A stretch of DNA of 64,000 bases from Malacoraja senta (GCA_038087875.1 CM075987.1:14818001-14882000), one strand, 5' to 3'. Counted from the stretch's first letter, positions 10,471 through 24,228 are shown. The notes: generated by a model from the sequence alone, not told the origin. A program made the numbers and translations.

Positions 10471-13400
10471 CTGGGAGTTTCCACTGTTGTCTTACACCAG
10501 TCAGCACAGGGGTAAGATAATGTGAAGGGAATTCCCAACGTGAAAATCTGGTGTTTAATGTGTATTTAATTAACGCATACAGTTATAGAGTCATGTTATA
10601 TTTTATAGTCATTTTTTAGTCATTCAATAAAGGGAAGACATGAAGAGGTTGGAGTATAATTATCGCATGGACTGGTTGAACTGATTGGTTGTGTTTTATG
10701 TGCTGTGAACCTTCAACTTTGACCTTCTGAATGGCCCAATAAATGTCTGTGCATTTTATTGCATTCTGTAAGAAATTATTGAAATTGGGATATTGTTTCT
10801 GACACTGTACAGATTTCAGTATTATTCCCCTCCTTTACAAGCAACACAGATGCAGATATTGTAATAATGGAAAAAAAAGCCCCAGAAAAATGTAAAACAC
10901 ATCAATTAAAGTTTCAACCACTTGAAATGCGAGCTGATGGATTTTCCCTCTGCTCCTTGGCAATCAGATTACAAAACTGAGTCAGGGTGATAAAGCACCT
11001 TGTTGCAATATGTTGAATCACCAGCTTAGCTAAAGATAGAAGTATTTACTGCAGAGCCCAGTTCCGTGACAGACAGCCCTGCAAGTGAGCTCACTTGAAC
11101 TTTCAGTTTTTAGAGTCAAGTGCATCAGGACATTGATTGCTGTTTGGTTGTCAGAGTCATTGCTTCCAGCTTGGAACTAGACTATCAGTATGGTAGGCAT
11201 TGGCATATATAAAGCACCTCAGAAAAAAAATGGCTGCAATGAATTAAAAAGAATTTAGTAACTTTTACAGTCAAATATCTTTAAAAATACTTTGATGGAT
11301 AAAATAAGAGCTGGATAAATCTTTTTATTTTCCATAAGCTCAAGGTCAATGATATATCATTTTAAACTAAAGAAATAAAATAAATAAAATAAATAATCAC
11401 AGAAAATATGATTTGGTATTTCAGATATTTTTACCAAAATAATATTGTTTACACTCCAATCACATCGCAGAATGGCTTCCTTATGAACCTTGGCCTGACA
11501 CAATGAACAAGCAACATCTGCTTTTCTAACAGACATCTACTGTTATGCACGACACAGATATGAAAGCCTTATATTTAATGCATTCTATCTTCACTCTAAA
11601 ACTATAAACTCTTCTCTTTAAATTGAAATCTAAAACTGATTCTTAAAAATTCTGGTACAATGCTTCAAAATGTTCCAAATGAAACAATAAAAAGGATACT
11701 TACTTCTTTTTGGTCGAGAACATTCAATTTAAACTGAATTAGTTATTTTGTACATTGCACACTTCTAGCATTCAATAAACTTCAACCGAATCATATAAAT
11801 CACGCTACGCTTCTTAAGATGGCTATGTTTTAATTTAAATTAGGTTTTCAGAAGAATTGATAGAAGGTCATGCATTGAAACAACTATTTACAATCGAACC
11901 TATTAACAAAATCAAAAGATCAGAAAATAACTGAAACCCAGATGTCCTTGAGTGGATAAGAAATGGCTGAATCTCAGAGTCATTATTCAGAGAAGAAAAT
12001 TACATTTGCAAAGCTTGGTAAATATTCAAATTAATGTTAATCTGTGTATATTATCTCACCACTAACTATTTAAACTGGGTTCAATTTATTTGAAAATAAA
12101 AATAAAATACTTCCTAAGATTCATGTAAAACTGTTTACATTACTATCAAATATTACTAATGTTGGTGTGTTTGTTTGGGAAAAAGGATGCATTTATATAG
12201 CAACCCTAGGACAAGCAACAATTTTTCAATTACTTTTCACCTAAAATTACTAAAATTCAAAGGTGAATTAATATCCTAAAAGGAGAATCCATCTTGGGAC
12301 TCACTGGTGAAATATCTGACAGCTTTGACAGCTATATTCACACAGGCAAGTTTCATTTCATTTCTCCCTTTCCTCCTCGGGCTCCTCCCGATTCTCTGGC
12401 TGAAAGTTTGTTATATACATGAAAGGACCTCTTGACAGAGACAGCTGATGGCATCAACTGAATGATCAAAGCACTGATATCAATACAATGAAGGGAATCA
12501 ATGAAGTCTCAAGGGATTTGCTTCCCAATGATGGATCAAATTAACTTGAATTGCTTCTATGAATGTATCGTACCAATTATATCTTCATGCTACTCACATC
12601 GGCTGCATTTAATCATATCTCTACTTGCAAGTGTCACATAAATCCGATTCCACTTTACTTTTGGCTGTGCTTCTCAGCGTTCTGGCAGTGGTCGCTTGCA
12701 GATGATCTCATTGTTTTCCAAAAGGAGGACAGAATTCCTTTCCCTCACAAAAGAGTTTGCAGTCTGTATTAGACACATCCTTTATGAACCACTTCTAACT
12801 TACATATCCATCCCCGGATATGTGTCAACGCGAATTGAAGATCCAATCTTATTCAGCTGCACTATTTCACTGGGTAATTAATGAGATGGGATTTGTACAT
12901 CAACTTTTTGAAATCCAAGTTACCTTAACTTTGATTTAAAACTTCAGTTTTCTTGGAAGATATATCTCTCATTCACTCGAGTCAGGTCCGTATGTGAGTA
13001 AAACTCTGAACTGGAACCGTTTGCAATTTCACAGCACAAGTTGACTCAGTTGCCCAGAAATCCTCAATATGTGACCATCACCTTTAGTAAATGAACACAA
13101 CAGTTCCCTAACACAACAGTAAAACACTGGAGCCATTGACATCGTAATGTAACGCATTGACAAGGCCTTTTCACAGACCATTGTGCAGCATGTCAGCGGA
13201 ACTAATCCAAAACTAGATATAACCACTATTAGTAACCTTTCGCCTCCTGCCATTATCCAAGCCTCACATGTATTAGTGCTGCCATTCTTTCAAAAGGGTA
13301 ACCACTGGCTTTTTCTTGCTAACATCAGCCTCATACCCACTCTTTATTCGCCCAGAATTAAAACGGAAATGTTCATTGGTCAGTGCGCATTTCTTTCTGA

Positions 13401-16400
13401 AGAAGAAAACGCAGCCTTACTGCACACCAACATTTTTTCCACACAATCACGAGATGAAGAATTTAGCCCCAATCTGCTTTGTATTAAAGATGCACCCACA
13501 CACTGCTGAGGAGACGTCAAAGCTCATTTCACACAACATACAACTGATTGGCCAAAAGCTTCTATTTCAGTCGTAGTCATTCCCTGAAACTGAGATTGAT
13601 ATTAAATTACAGACAATGGGAATTCCAAAACTCACCCTCACAACAAAAACTGGAAACGGACTGCATTGTCAAACCTTACTTGCATGCAAAGATAAATGGT
13701 AAAGGTAAGAACAGGATACGGAAATTAGCAAAGGAGTTATCTTTGTCAATTTTTCAATCCTTTTTTTGAAACCCTCAATGATGTTGGTGCCTGGCCCTGC
13801 TGACGCCAGAGGCATCGCTCATTTCTGAAACTGGAAAGCTAACCTCAGCAGCCACATATCTGCAAGAGCACAACCTGGAGTATTTGTAATCTCAACGTAA
13901 GCAAATATAATTTACAAATAGGGCAAACTATTTCAAAAATATTCCTACAAAAATATTCCATTTCATGTCACAATGAAAGCAAGAGGTATTCTCAAAGTGA
14001 TTTTCCCACTTTGAGTTGATAAATGATAGTTAAATGCTTGATGTTCACTGTGAATTAAAAATTAACATAACCCTATGACTCCAGTAAAAAAAAAAACTGC
14101 CTTCTGCAATTGAAGGGCTGGTATAAATTCCTGTTTGCAGATCTTGCTTGCAAAGTGACTTGAAATAAAATATTTTATTGCATTAAAGACATTATACTGC
14201 TGCAGGTTTCTGTGTCTCACTGGCAAGGCTCAGTGTTCATTTGAGCTAGAAATGATTACTTTCAGCTAGGTGTCAGTAACTTGAGAAGTGGAAGAAATAC
14301 TAAATGAGAAAAGTACTCAGCAGAATGGATGCTCAATTTATAGCTAATGATCTTATTGACAGAAATTAAAAGATTTGCTGAATGTTCATGTTTTCATTTC
14401 CCTGCATTAACCGCCTAAAATCCCCGCAGGGTCTCAGATGCATATTGAATTCAAAGAAGTTGGAATTGATTGTTTTTCCTTCTCTCTCTTTAGATCTTCC
14501 ACATTATACCCTTTGTCAGCAACTCCCAGGCTAGAAGATATGTAACGAAGCTTCAGTGACTGGTTTATTCTTCACGCTTGCCGATGAGAAAGTGCCTCCC
14601 CTCCATTCACTACCACCATTTACGATGTGGCTGAGATGAAGATTTCAAATGCACAAACCATTCAAAGAGGAAAGTTTATATCTCTCCATATTTGGTGTAG
14701 TGTGTTACCACTTTGAATCATTTAAAAAATATGCACATATGCATTTTAATGGAGTATTGAAAACATGCCAATGAAATCACCAACTCGGAAAATTAACGGG
14801 AGACACCGCATTTAGTTCCTTTTAACAGTTTATCTCCTAACAAGTACGAATGATCTTATAAGCTTGCGACAACCAACAATGAGAAACAAAAGTTACAGTC
14901 TTATGGTTTTTGTACTCAGCCTACATTTGCTTCAGCAAGCATCTACTCACAGTTAGCTATGATGTGAACTGGAGCCACAAGATGCAATAACACATACAAT
15001 GAAGCAACAAATCCATGTGTTATTGTGAATTCCAGGCAGTAACCCCACTTACACAAATATTTACCTCGGTACAGAAATTTGTTTTATGCCAGAGCTAAAA
15101 TTAGAACTATACTTAAATAAATTTGGACGTGGAGACCTCTTTCAAAGTTCTTAAGAGGTTCATCATGTTTATGGTGCCTTTTGATTTAATACTGCAGTAA
15201 TGTATTTTTTCAATTATGTTCCATTTTAGGCACCATGTGCCTCACTACAATAATGATCAAGTTAACTGTTTCACTGAAAGTGAGAATGGTGATAACATCA
15301 AAAGGCAAACTCTAAATTTTGTGTTGTCTCCTTAGAGTATTAGGCCAATCTGCAAAATCTCCGCCATATAACTTCCATATTAAAAAAAAAAAATCAATTC
15401 ATTTTGAAAATAAATTTGGAGAACCTGCCATTTTTTCTGCACTTCTGGCTTTCAATTAATTGAGATTAAAAAAAAAAAAAAGCTATGGAGCTCTCGGTGC
15501 AACTACAACATATGATAGTTTGGATGAATAGTCATTGATCTCTAAGTCACTTCTGTTCCTCTCTCCATATTTATTATTTGACCTGCTGAGCATTAAATGC
15601 CTTTCCTGTTTTTACTTCACATTTTGAATACAATGTACACGTTCCAACCAACCTTCAATATTTCACCATGTTTCTACAATTGTCAATTCACTCATGGATT
15701 CCGTTTTATTTCATGTTGGAACGCATCCCTTCTCGGTACCTATTGTTCTGCCTGCTCAGAATCACACAGCTGTACAGCACGGAAACAGGCCACTCGGCCC
15801 ACCTTGTCCATACTGTGCTACTCCCATTAGCCTGTATTTGGTGCAAAGCCCTCTAAACCATCCCTACCCATGTCCAAATGTCTATTAAAAGTCATAATTA
15901 TATCCGCTTCTATAGTTTCCTTTGGCCGCTCATTCCAGACTACCTTGTAAGGGAAATAGTTGCCCCTGAGGTCTCCACTTTCATCTTAAGCACATGACCT
16001 CTAGTTTTAGAATCCTCCACCGTGAGCAAAAGACTCAGGCCCCTCATGATTTTGTACATCTCTATAAAGTCACTCATCAGCCTCCTATGGTCCAACCAAA
16101 AAAGTCACAGCCTATCCAAACTCTCCCTATAATTCTAGCCCATTGTATATGTAAACATTTTGTGTAAGTACTAAAGTGTTTACACCTGTATTTATGAACA
16201 GACCAGCATGGAACACACAGCAAACCTGCTTCACCTTGCCCATTGTCATCTTCACCCCCAACCCCACCTCTCTGCAACTTGCTTTCTCTTGTCATCTGTT
16301 GTGACAAAAGTTCTTTGATATGAAGTATTAATTCTGTTATTCTTTCGACAAATGCTGCCTGGCCTGTTAATTGTTTCCAGTTTATTTTTAGTTCAGATTT

Positions 16401-16959
16401 CCAGCACCAGCAGTTATTCATTTTATTTTAATCTCAGATTCTAATGCTTGTTTTTAAGACTGCTGCACAATATATCAGGCATGTCAATTTTTTTTTTGCC
16501 ATCTGTTAAATCCATTGCGATTAATTCTTTAAAAATAATTACAGTGTTACAGGGAAAGAGCTGAGGCATTGGTCCGACAGGTGCAGTCTGATTTAACAAA
16601 TCTGCATGGTTTTGATAACCACATTTTCTGTGAATGTTAAATTTGCTTGTCCATGTGTCAGATACAGGGAAAATGTTAAGGATTCAATTTATATTAAATG
16701 CCAATCAATTTTATTAATAATTGAAAATAGTGCAGTTTGTTAAACTTTGGACCTCAAAAATCAAAATGGGATTAAAGTTCCCAGAGTCAGCAGGAATTAG
16801 AGGAGTATATATGTCAGCAAAGGTGCAAGAGCAGTAGAGTTAAAGTAACATCGGCAACAGTCTGAAATTGCTCGACATACAATTGATATGATTCCATTGT
16901 GGCCTCGGTTGTTGAGACTAAAGGTTATGATCCACAAATCCAAATATTGAAAGAACATT

Positions 16960-17810
16960 AACATGTCTGATGTTGCAGCGTTCAATTTTCTGCACCTTGC
17001 CAGTTTCCAATTCCCATTATCAACCAGTTCAGCTTCACCAGGAACACACAATCCCACCAAGTTGCCATCACAAGCCTGAGGTCCAAGGGGTCTTTGCCTT
17101 GAACATAGGCCCAACCAATTCCCTTCCACCCATGTTCTCATTTTGCTTACCCATTCTCCCACTGCATTACTTCTCCACCTGAGACTAAAGCTTGTATTTC
17201 TCGCATATCTGCTCTCAATATCTCTCCTCATAAACAGAGCAGAGACAGAGTTCTCCTGGTCCATGTCTTCCACCCACCAGATTTCATATTCAACTGCTCC
17301 TCTTCTGTATCTGCCACCTTCAGCAACATCCCACCGGCACATCCATTTCCGTCTCACCTTCCTTTTCACTGTGAAGGAACTGCACTCTTTGCTATTTCTG
17401 TCTGCTCTTCAATCTCCACCAAGCATTTCCCTCCTTGGGGCACAACATCTGCTCTTATATTACTTCCCTTGCTACTGTCCAAAGATACAAACAGACCTTC
17501 AGTGCAGTTCACCTCTCCAAATCTGATGCACTACATTCAGTACTCCCAGTATTCACATTGTCTAGCACCTGTGTTCAGTCCAAGGGCATTAGCCTGGGCT
17601 TCCTGCTCTCTGCCACTTTAGTTCTTCATCGGCTGATCCATCTATGATATAGGTTCAGTTTTTCTCTCCCTGCAGGGCATATCTTTGAGCTCTACATTTC
17701 CAAACGCTTCAGTCATTTGAAGCATTCTCTCTCTCTCTTATTGCCTGCATTTCATAGATTTTGTGATCCCTGTTCTATTCTATCGCTAACAGCTTCTATT
17801 AATCGATCGG
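16960..17810 (+). mobile_element. Old degenerate PLE fragment
   Basis: Residual RHLQQHPT and VQRYKQTF peptides match the PLE RT-to-endonuclease linker seen at 47447-48237. Confidence 0.45.
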
Positions 17811-18944
17811 CCAGATTACCTTGTTTTACAGTTTATCCCACATCAATGGAGAATTCTGAATAAATTAATTATTCTTCTACTTTCTTAGGTCTCCACCTGC
17901 CATGCATTATTCCAAGCAAAATGGAGACCTTTTTGCTAATCTCTACAATTATATGTTAAGAACCTAATTCAAACATTGGCTCGTATGTATTGATCAATAG
18001 CGAGGTGATTCTTCCAGAGTTCCTTACTGTGGAATAGGATTTTATCCCTGCATGAAAGAACTCCACTTGGACAGGCTTTAGTCTTATTCTGCATGTTGAT
18101 GTTTGAGCTCAACACAAGGATGATCTGATGAAATTTGTTCAGTTCTCAGATCTGAATTCGAACCAACTACATTCTGGCACTTTGACCTAATCTTACATTG
18201 TTTTAACGCAATTTCCATTCCGTTATTAATATCCATGATCCACACAAAAAAACTCTGCATCATAAATTATCCCCAAAAATTGAACTTGCAGAATAAGATG
18301 TTTTTAATACATGAATATAAAGGAATGACTCATTGAGATCAGATTTAACTGGGGTCAATACTTTCCTTTAAGGAGATAAGATAGGTGTAATGTCTGATAT
18401 GCTGTAGATTACAACCAATGCACATCATATTAGCTTGCACCTTAAACATTTTTTAATCTATTTGCTATTTATGACATTGTATGTTATGACTCTAAGCATT
18501 TCTAAGCTGATTAATTAACTATACATGCAGAATGGTGCAGAAGAGATCAAAAGTATGATATTGCTTGTGTAAGTGGGGCTAGTAACTGAGGAGTGAGGGT
18601 ATGGCAGGTCACCATACTTAGACTTACAACAAATTCCCTCGCCTCATATGCATAAGTAGGTTTCCCTAATGTCCTCTTCATCAGTTCTTTGTGAAAATAG
18701 AGAGACCGAGTCTGTGGTTTGCATTTGTGGAAAAGAATACATTGGGATTAACAGCCAGCAGTTCACAACCAGCTTTTAACTGCTATTTAGGTTTATAGGG
18801 TAAAAGCTATAAAATATAGGGTCGGCCTTAATACAGAATTTCCTCAATCAAGGATATTGCTTTGATGTGGTTTGTCCCTATTACAGAGATATCTCTAGGT
18901 TAAGCTGAACTGAATTACCAGAGAGAGCCAAATAGAAGATGCCA

Positions 18945-20880
18945 AGAATGTGGCACAGTTCACACTGGGATGTAATCAGACAATGGGTCCAAATCTGATC
19001 AGCTCCATTCATCACTCACCATTCATGGCCTCTTTACCTCTTCCATCTCTCTTCAATGTATACCTTGTAAAAACCTGAACCATTTAAACTTTGATTTCCC
19101 TCTGCAACGGCATGATTGCGTATCATATTAAGGATGCCATGTTTGAACTTCTCTCCCCTCTTCCTTAATTCTAAAGGCAAATATGGAGAGTGGTGAAATT
19201 CCCTGACATTACAATTGAGAGCTCCCTCTGCCCTTACTCTAAGGTAGACAAAAGTGCTGGAGAAACTCAGCGGATGCGGCAGCAGCTATGGAGCGAAGGA
19301 AATAGGCAACGTTTCGGGCAGAAACCCTTCCTCAGACTGCCCTTACTCTTCCCCTCTTCCCCCCCCCCCTAAATGTACCAGATTAAACTTCTAATTATCC
19401 TAACTGCCTTCTTCCAAACCTGTAAGCAGTTTATCTTTCCTCAACCCTCTCTGAACTTGCCCACATGGCTTTGTTCCCAATAAACTGCTGGCCAGTTTAT
19501 TGTCCTGCATAGCCCTACTCTCACCAGGATGATATCATTGACTTCTCTCAGAGTTATTTCTTTCCTAGTTCTGATGAGAAAGGGAAACTTGGAACTGAAC
19601 CACATTCGTAACTTTCCAAACACGATCAAGGTCAGGAATACCATTTAGTATTTCTAATGAGCCAAGTTCGATGAGACACTGCTGACTGATTGAAAGCAGA
19701 TTTGAACAAAACAAAGGTTGTCAGGGTACAGCAGAAATGTTTATGCAGCAGCTTCCCTGATTGTACAAGTATGAGCTCAAACATCCCTATTCTTTTCACA
19801 TAATTACGTTTCAAACTTACGTTAAAAAAAAAGTAGCAAATGCAATTCTTGGCAATGGGCCATAAATGAACTGGCAGCCTGATTATACATCAACATCCTG
19901 CAGCAATCAGAGATTGAAAAGGCACCGGATTAACCTGCCACGATGCAACTCTGATTAAAAATTCTACAAGCAGCTACTTATCTCTGATCTCCATGGTCAA
20001 GAAATATCACTTTCGCTGCTTTAGCAAGGGCTTTTTAAATAATTCCTGAAAGAGTGAATCGTAACAGTGAAGGACTTTCCACAACCATGAGGGTAACAGC
20101 GTACCTTTAGCATGGCAGGTTGGGTGAGAAAATAGTAAATGCAGGCAGCCTTTTCCAGACAGGCATCAAGTCAAACTGACAAACTACATCCAGCAAATGC
20201 CTTCACTTTGCAAGAGATGGTTTATTCCTTGCAGTTGTGTCATAGTTGGCATGCTTTCCTTCAGTTGTTTTAGTTAAATGAGAAACCCTTCCACAGAATA
20301 AACATTTCATTTCTTAGTAAATGCAGGAGTTACACCAAATATTGCAGCGATATTTCATATAATAAAACAATAGGAATCTTGTGTGTGTTATTAAATAATT
20401 ATAATTTTGAATTCACTGGGGATGTTCAGAATGTGGCACAGTTCATACTGGGATGTGATCAGACAATGGGTCCAATTCTAATTGGCTCCATTCATCACTC
20501 ACCATTCATATCTCTCTTACCTCTTCCTCCCTCTTACTTCTGTATCCACCTTGGATAAGTATAAACCGTTTATCCTTTGATTTCCATTTGCAATCGCATT
20601 TCTATGTATCATATTAAGAATATCATATGCTTCAACTCCTCTCCTCCTTTTCTTCCATCCTCAATTCTAATAGCAAGCATAAAGAGTAATGGACTTCTCT
20701 AATATTACGAGTGAGAACATCCCAGCAGTTGTCTCCAGCCCTACTCTTTTTCCCCTAAGCTTACCCAAACAAACTTCTAATTTTGCAAATTATCCTCTTC
20801 TAAACTTGAATCCAGTTTATCTTTCCTCAATCTTCTCTGAGCTTTCTCACATGCCCTTATTCCCAATAAACTGCTGATCT
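18945..20880. repeat. Diverged direct duplication of a ~450-bp segment (copies at ~18945-19500 and ~20428-20880)
   Basis: Both copies start AGAATGTGGCACAGTTCA.ACTGGGATGT.ATCAGACAATGGGTCCAA and end ...CCCAATAAACTGCTG. Confidence 0.85.
19241..19336 (-). mobile_element. Solo PLE terminal repeat (96 bp) with a 13-bp TSD
   Basis: CTGCCCTTACTCT at 19228-19240 and 19337-19349. Confidence 0.8.
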
Positions 20881-23168
20881 GATCATTCCCATTCCTGCCC
20901 CATCATTAATGCTTCCTTGTCCTCTAATAGTGTCTCCCTCGTCTTGAAGGCTACCGTTATCTCATTTCCCTCGAAATAAATCCTTGACACTCTGTCCATG
21001 CAAACTACCATGACACCCCAACTTCCCTTAGTTTTCTTAATTCTTTGCAGATGATGTACGTCCCTGTATTTGTGGCAATGTGATCAGGAACACCTCTCTG
21101 AATCCCTGTAATCAAGCTTCCACTTCTGCCCGTGCCAATGCCAATGCTCTTGATCCAAGTCATTTACAGCATCTTAAGCAATTGCTACAAAAGTGATATT
21201 CTTCCTGCCCTAGCCTTTAACATGGTTGGCTACAGCTTAATGATATTTTTGGACATAGACCTCGTCAAAATGTCTTTGGTAATATTTCAAAACAAAGTGT
21301 GGACCCTTGATTGAGGAAATAAGTTTTTTTTTAAACCTGTGAATTTACTTGTTAGATTCTGAAGGCATTATACATTTGAGAATTGCTCTAATCAAAATGT
21401 TCACATTTTCATAATTGAAATCTCATAATTTAATGCAATGGAGAATGTAGAAAGTAAACAAGGAACATAAAACAAAAAATGATACAGCTTTCCGCTGCAC
21501 ACGGTTCAATACTGACTCTCACAGATACATAGAAGTTCACACAATTGAAACATTAATATTAAAAAGGTAGCTTAGGACACATTTTAATGGACTAGTCTGT
21601 AGTTTTAAGTTCATTAAATGATACTTTATTCAAAATATTTGAAGTTTATGTTCACCACCCTTTTAATTCTAAATCTTCATTATTGAAGCCAAATTCATTT
21701 TTTTTACTTGATTGCTCACAAGACATAAATGAATTTACAGCAAACCTTGTTTATAAATAACCATCAACTAAATTAGTTGCTAGGGAAGATGTATTATCTT
21801 CCTTTGGCAACTTGCCCTTTTTGTCCTAAACTTCCTTTGTGGAAATACGAAATGCAACCTAAGTTTTTGATACACCATTCCCTTTAATCTACCCTTATTA
21901 AGATTCCATTTTAGCCCTTCTGCTCAAAAATGCCTTTCATGTGTAGCATGGTACAGTTTATGAATCTGGCAGGAGACACAAAAATTAATAAGCACATCTT
22001 TTGCTAAAAGTGCTGATTGTACATAAATCACAAAAAATATTTTAAAATCTATCGTTTTAAAAATGTTGCATATTGTGCTATCCTTTTTTATTGGAGATGA
22101 ACATTCTGAAAGGAGCAGAAAGGATTTAAATCTCCAACAAACACATGTGATTTAGATGTTGTAATTCTCCTTTAAGCTAATTTATATTTTGATGTTCTTT
22201 TAAAAGTTTCACTTCTAATTTCTGGTCATTCAATGAAGACATAATCAATTTCCTTCTAATAAAACATCATAATGGGGCTTTGCTTATAAATATTGAAAAT
22301 ATGGACCCATTTTTGGAAGAGACCCCAAGGTTCCCTTATTTTTATTCAAAACTGCAAATGTTTGCTGACTATTTGACCACATTTAAAATAAAAAACAGTG
22401 CCCTTAATAAACAGAGGAATATTTGAACAATGAAAATTTGACACCGAGTGTGACTGGGAGTCCTGTGGGTTTTATTAAAATGGTCCCAGTTCAATAAAAT
22501 TAAGGACAAACACTGCAGACATTAAATACTTGGGGATCAACACAGCGAAGAGAACCGTGAAGTAGTGGCCAGATCAAGTCAACTACAATAACATTTGTTG
22601 CTGTAGAATTTTCCTTTTAAGGTAAATAATATATTTTTTTACTTTTAACCCAATACATACCAATTAATTGCCTGAATGTTAAAACAATTGGGCTCATTCG
22701 AAATACCTAGCAATTAGTCCCTGATGTTTTGCCACTATTCCAGACTTCTCAGCTCTTCAAATAGTCACTCAATTAAACTTTGAAAGTCCTGATTGAAACA
22801 ATTCCCACCAAACCTTGAGCAAGTGCTTCATTCCAGTTCATTGCAATTCCCTCAGTAAAAACAATTTTTTCTCCTCTCTGGTTCTTTTTAACAGAAACTC
22901 TGGGTCAAAGTTCGTTAGCAACCCAACCCACTGTCAGTGTAAAAATTGTTAGATTGATAACAAATTTTTAGAAATTCTTTAGCATAGTATTTCAAAATTT
23001 AGGTTGCATTACTACGATATTGAATGAGAATAAAAGGTAATTCTCTATTGGCAAAGTACTCTACAACGTCAGCCAATAACCAGCATGGACAGTTTCTCAC
23101 AGGCGCATCCTTTAAGAGAGGAATGCAAAGTACAACATTGAACTACAAAAAGATGAAAGCAAACTTAC

Positions 23169-23351
23169 CCCCCGCTTTAGGCTCCTGAAACAGTGGATTT
23201 TAGGTTTGGAGGTCATGAATTCGTTCAGGCGGTGAGAGAGGGGCTCTTTTTGCTGCTTGGGAGACTGAGGGCCATTTGGAACAGCAGAAGGTGTGGTGGA
23301 GGAAGGAGGAGGAGGAGGGGGCTGATGAGGAGATGTCAAAAGGGACATAAG
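23169..23351 (-). CDS. FNBP1: FNBP1 proline-rich exon (~exon 10, 183 nt, probably alternative): [61 protein letters not shown]
   Basis: ORF 23112..23348; long pyrimidine tract then tgtag|CTT; donor GGG|gtaagt; phase 0/0. Confidence 0.95.
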
Positions 23352-23560
23352 CTACAAGTAAGAGATGGATGTAAAAAGGGGAAAAATAAAAGAGAAAAAA
23401 AGCGAACAGAAATAAGAACCACAAATGCACATGAAAACAAATTAAGGCATGGCATTGCAAATAAAAAAACATTGATAAAAGATTTTAAAAATTGCTGATA
23501 AATAATGCATCCAAGACAATCCATGGAGGAAATGAAGTGAAACCATAATGACAGAAAGCA

Positions 23561-23582
23561 CATGCAAACATTGATTCATGCA
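23561..23582 (-). promoter_or_regulatory. Two RBFOX motifs (TGCATG) upstream of the proline-rich exon
   Basis: Plus-strand CATGCA at 23561-23566 and 23577-23582, about 210-230 nt upstream of the acceptor. Confidence 0.45.
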
Positions 23583-24049
23583 CATCTTAACTATTGAAGA
23601 ATAATTCAGTAGATATGCCAACATATTTTTTACTCGTATAATACAAAATATAATGGCTCAAATGCATATTTGATAAATACAGATAGAGAACAATCAATTG
23701 ATTGCCTCACTGGACATTCCGATTTAACAAAAATTCTAGGTACCAGCTATTAATTTGGTGGTACGCACCTAAATTCAAAACATTCAATTTATTTTTTATT
23801 CCAGTTGGTTTAAATTCCCAAATGTGCTGTAACAAACAATTTTGAATGGACGTTATTGTCAAAACTCTTTGTGGCTGTTTATAAACCACTCACACCTTGG
23901 TATAGGATGACCAATAAACGTGATAAAAATTCCAGATCGTTCAATCCTTGGTCCATGGAACATTTTTGTCCATGAACAAGAGTTGTCCATGGAACATTTT
24001 TCAACACTATTTTTAGAATCATTTACGATAATGAGGGAAGAGGATTAGA

Positions 24050-24228
24050 CTTTATTGCCTTCCATCACAGTGAGGAATGTGGGGAATCTGCTGTGGTGGA
24101 TGTTTATGTTAACTTATGTAGTTGTGTGTGTTGTTGCTTTTTTTTAAAAGTATGGCTGTAAGGTAATTCGAATATCACTGTAACTTAATTGGTACACGTG
24201 ATAATAAAAGACCTTTGAAACCTTTGAT
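24050..24228 (+). mobile_element. Short SINE-like element with a 5' hairpin module and Rex1/Babar-type tail; related copy at ~59970-60146
   Basis: CCTTCCATCACAGTGAGG...CTGTGGTGGATG head and ...TGA(C/T)AATAAA tail in both copies. Confidence 0.55.

Noticed and set aside
11204-11215. TATATAAAG TATA-like box
   Set aside because: Isolated motif in an AT-rich intron with no supporting transcript features
16797-17526. Long ORFs of 190 and 127 aa
   Set aside because: They overlap a decayed PLE; no splice signals or protein-family resemblance
23193-23498. Plus-strand ORF with poly-Arg/Gly
   Set aside because: Antisense shadow of the proline-rich FNBP1 exon
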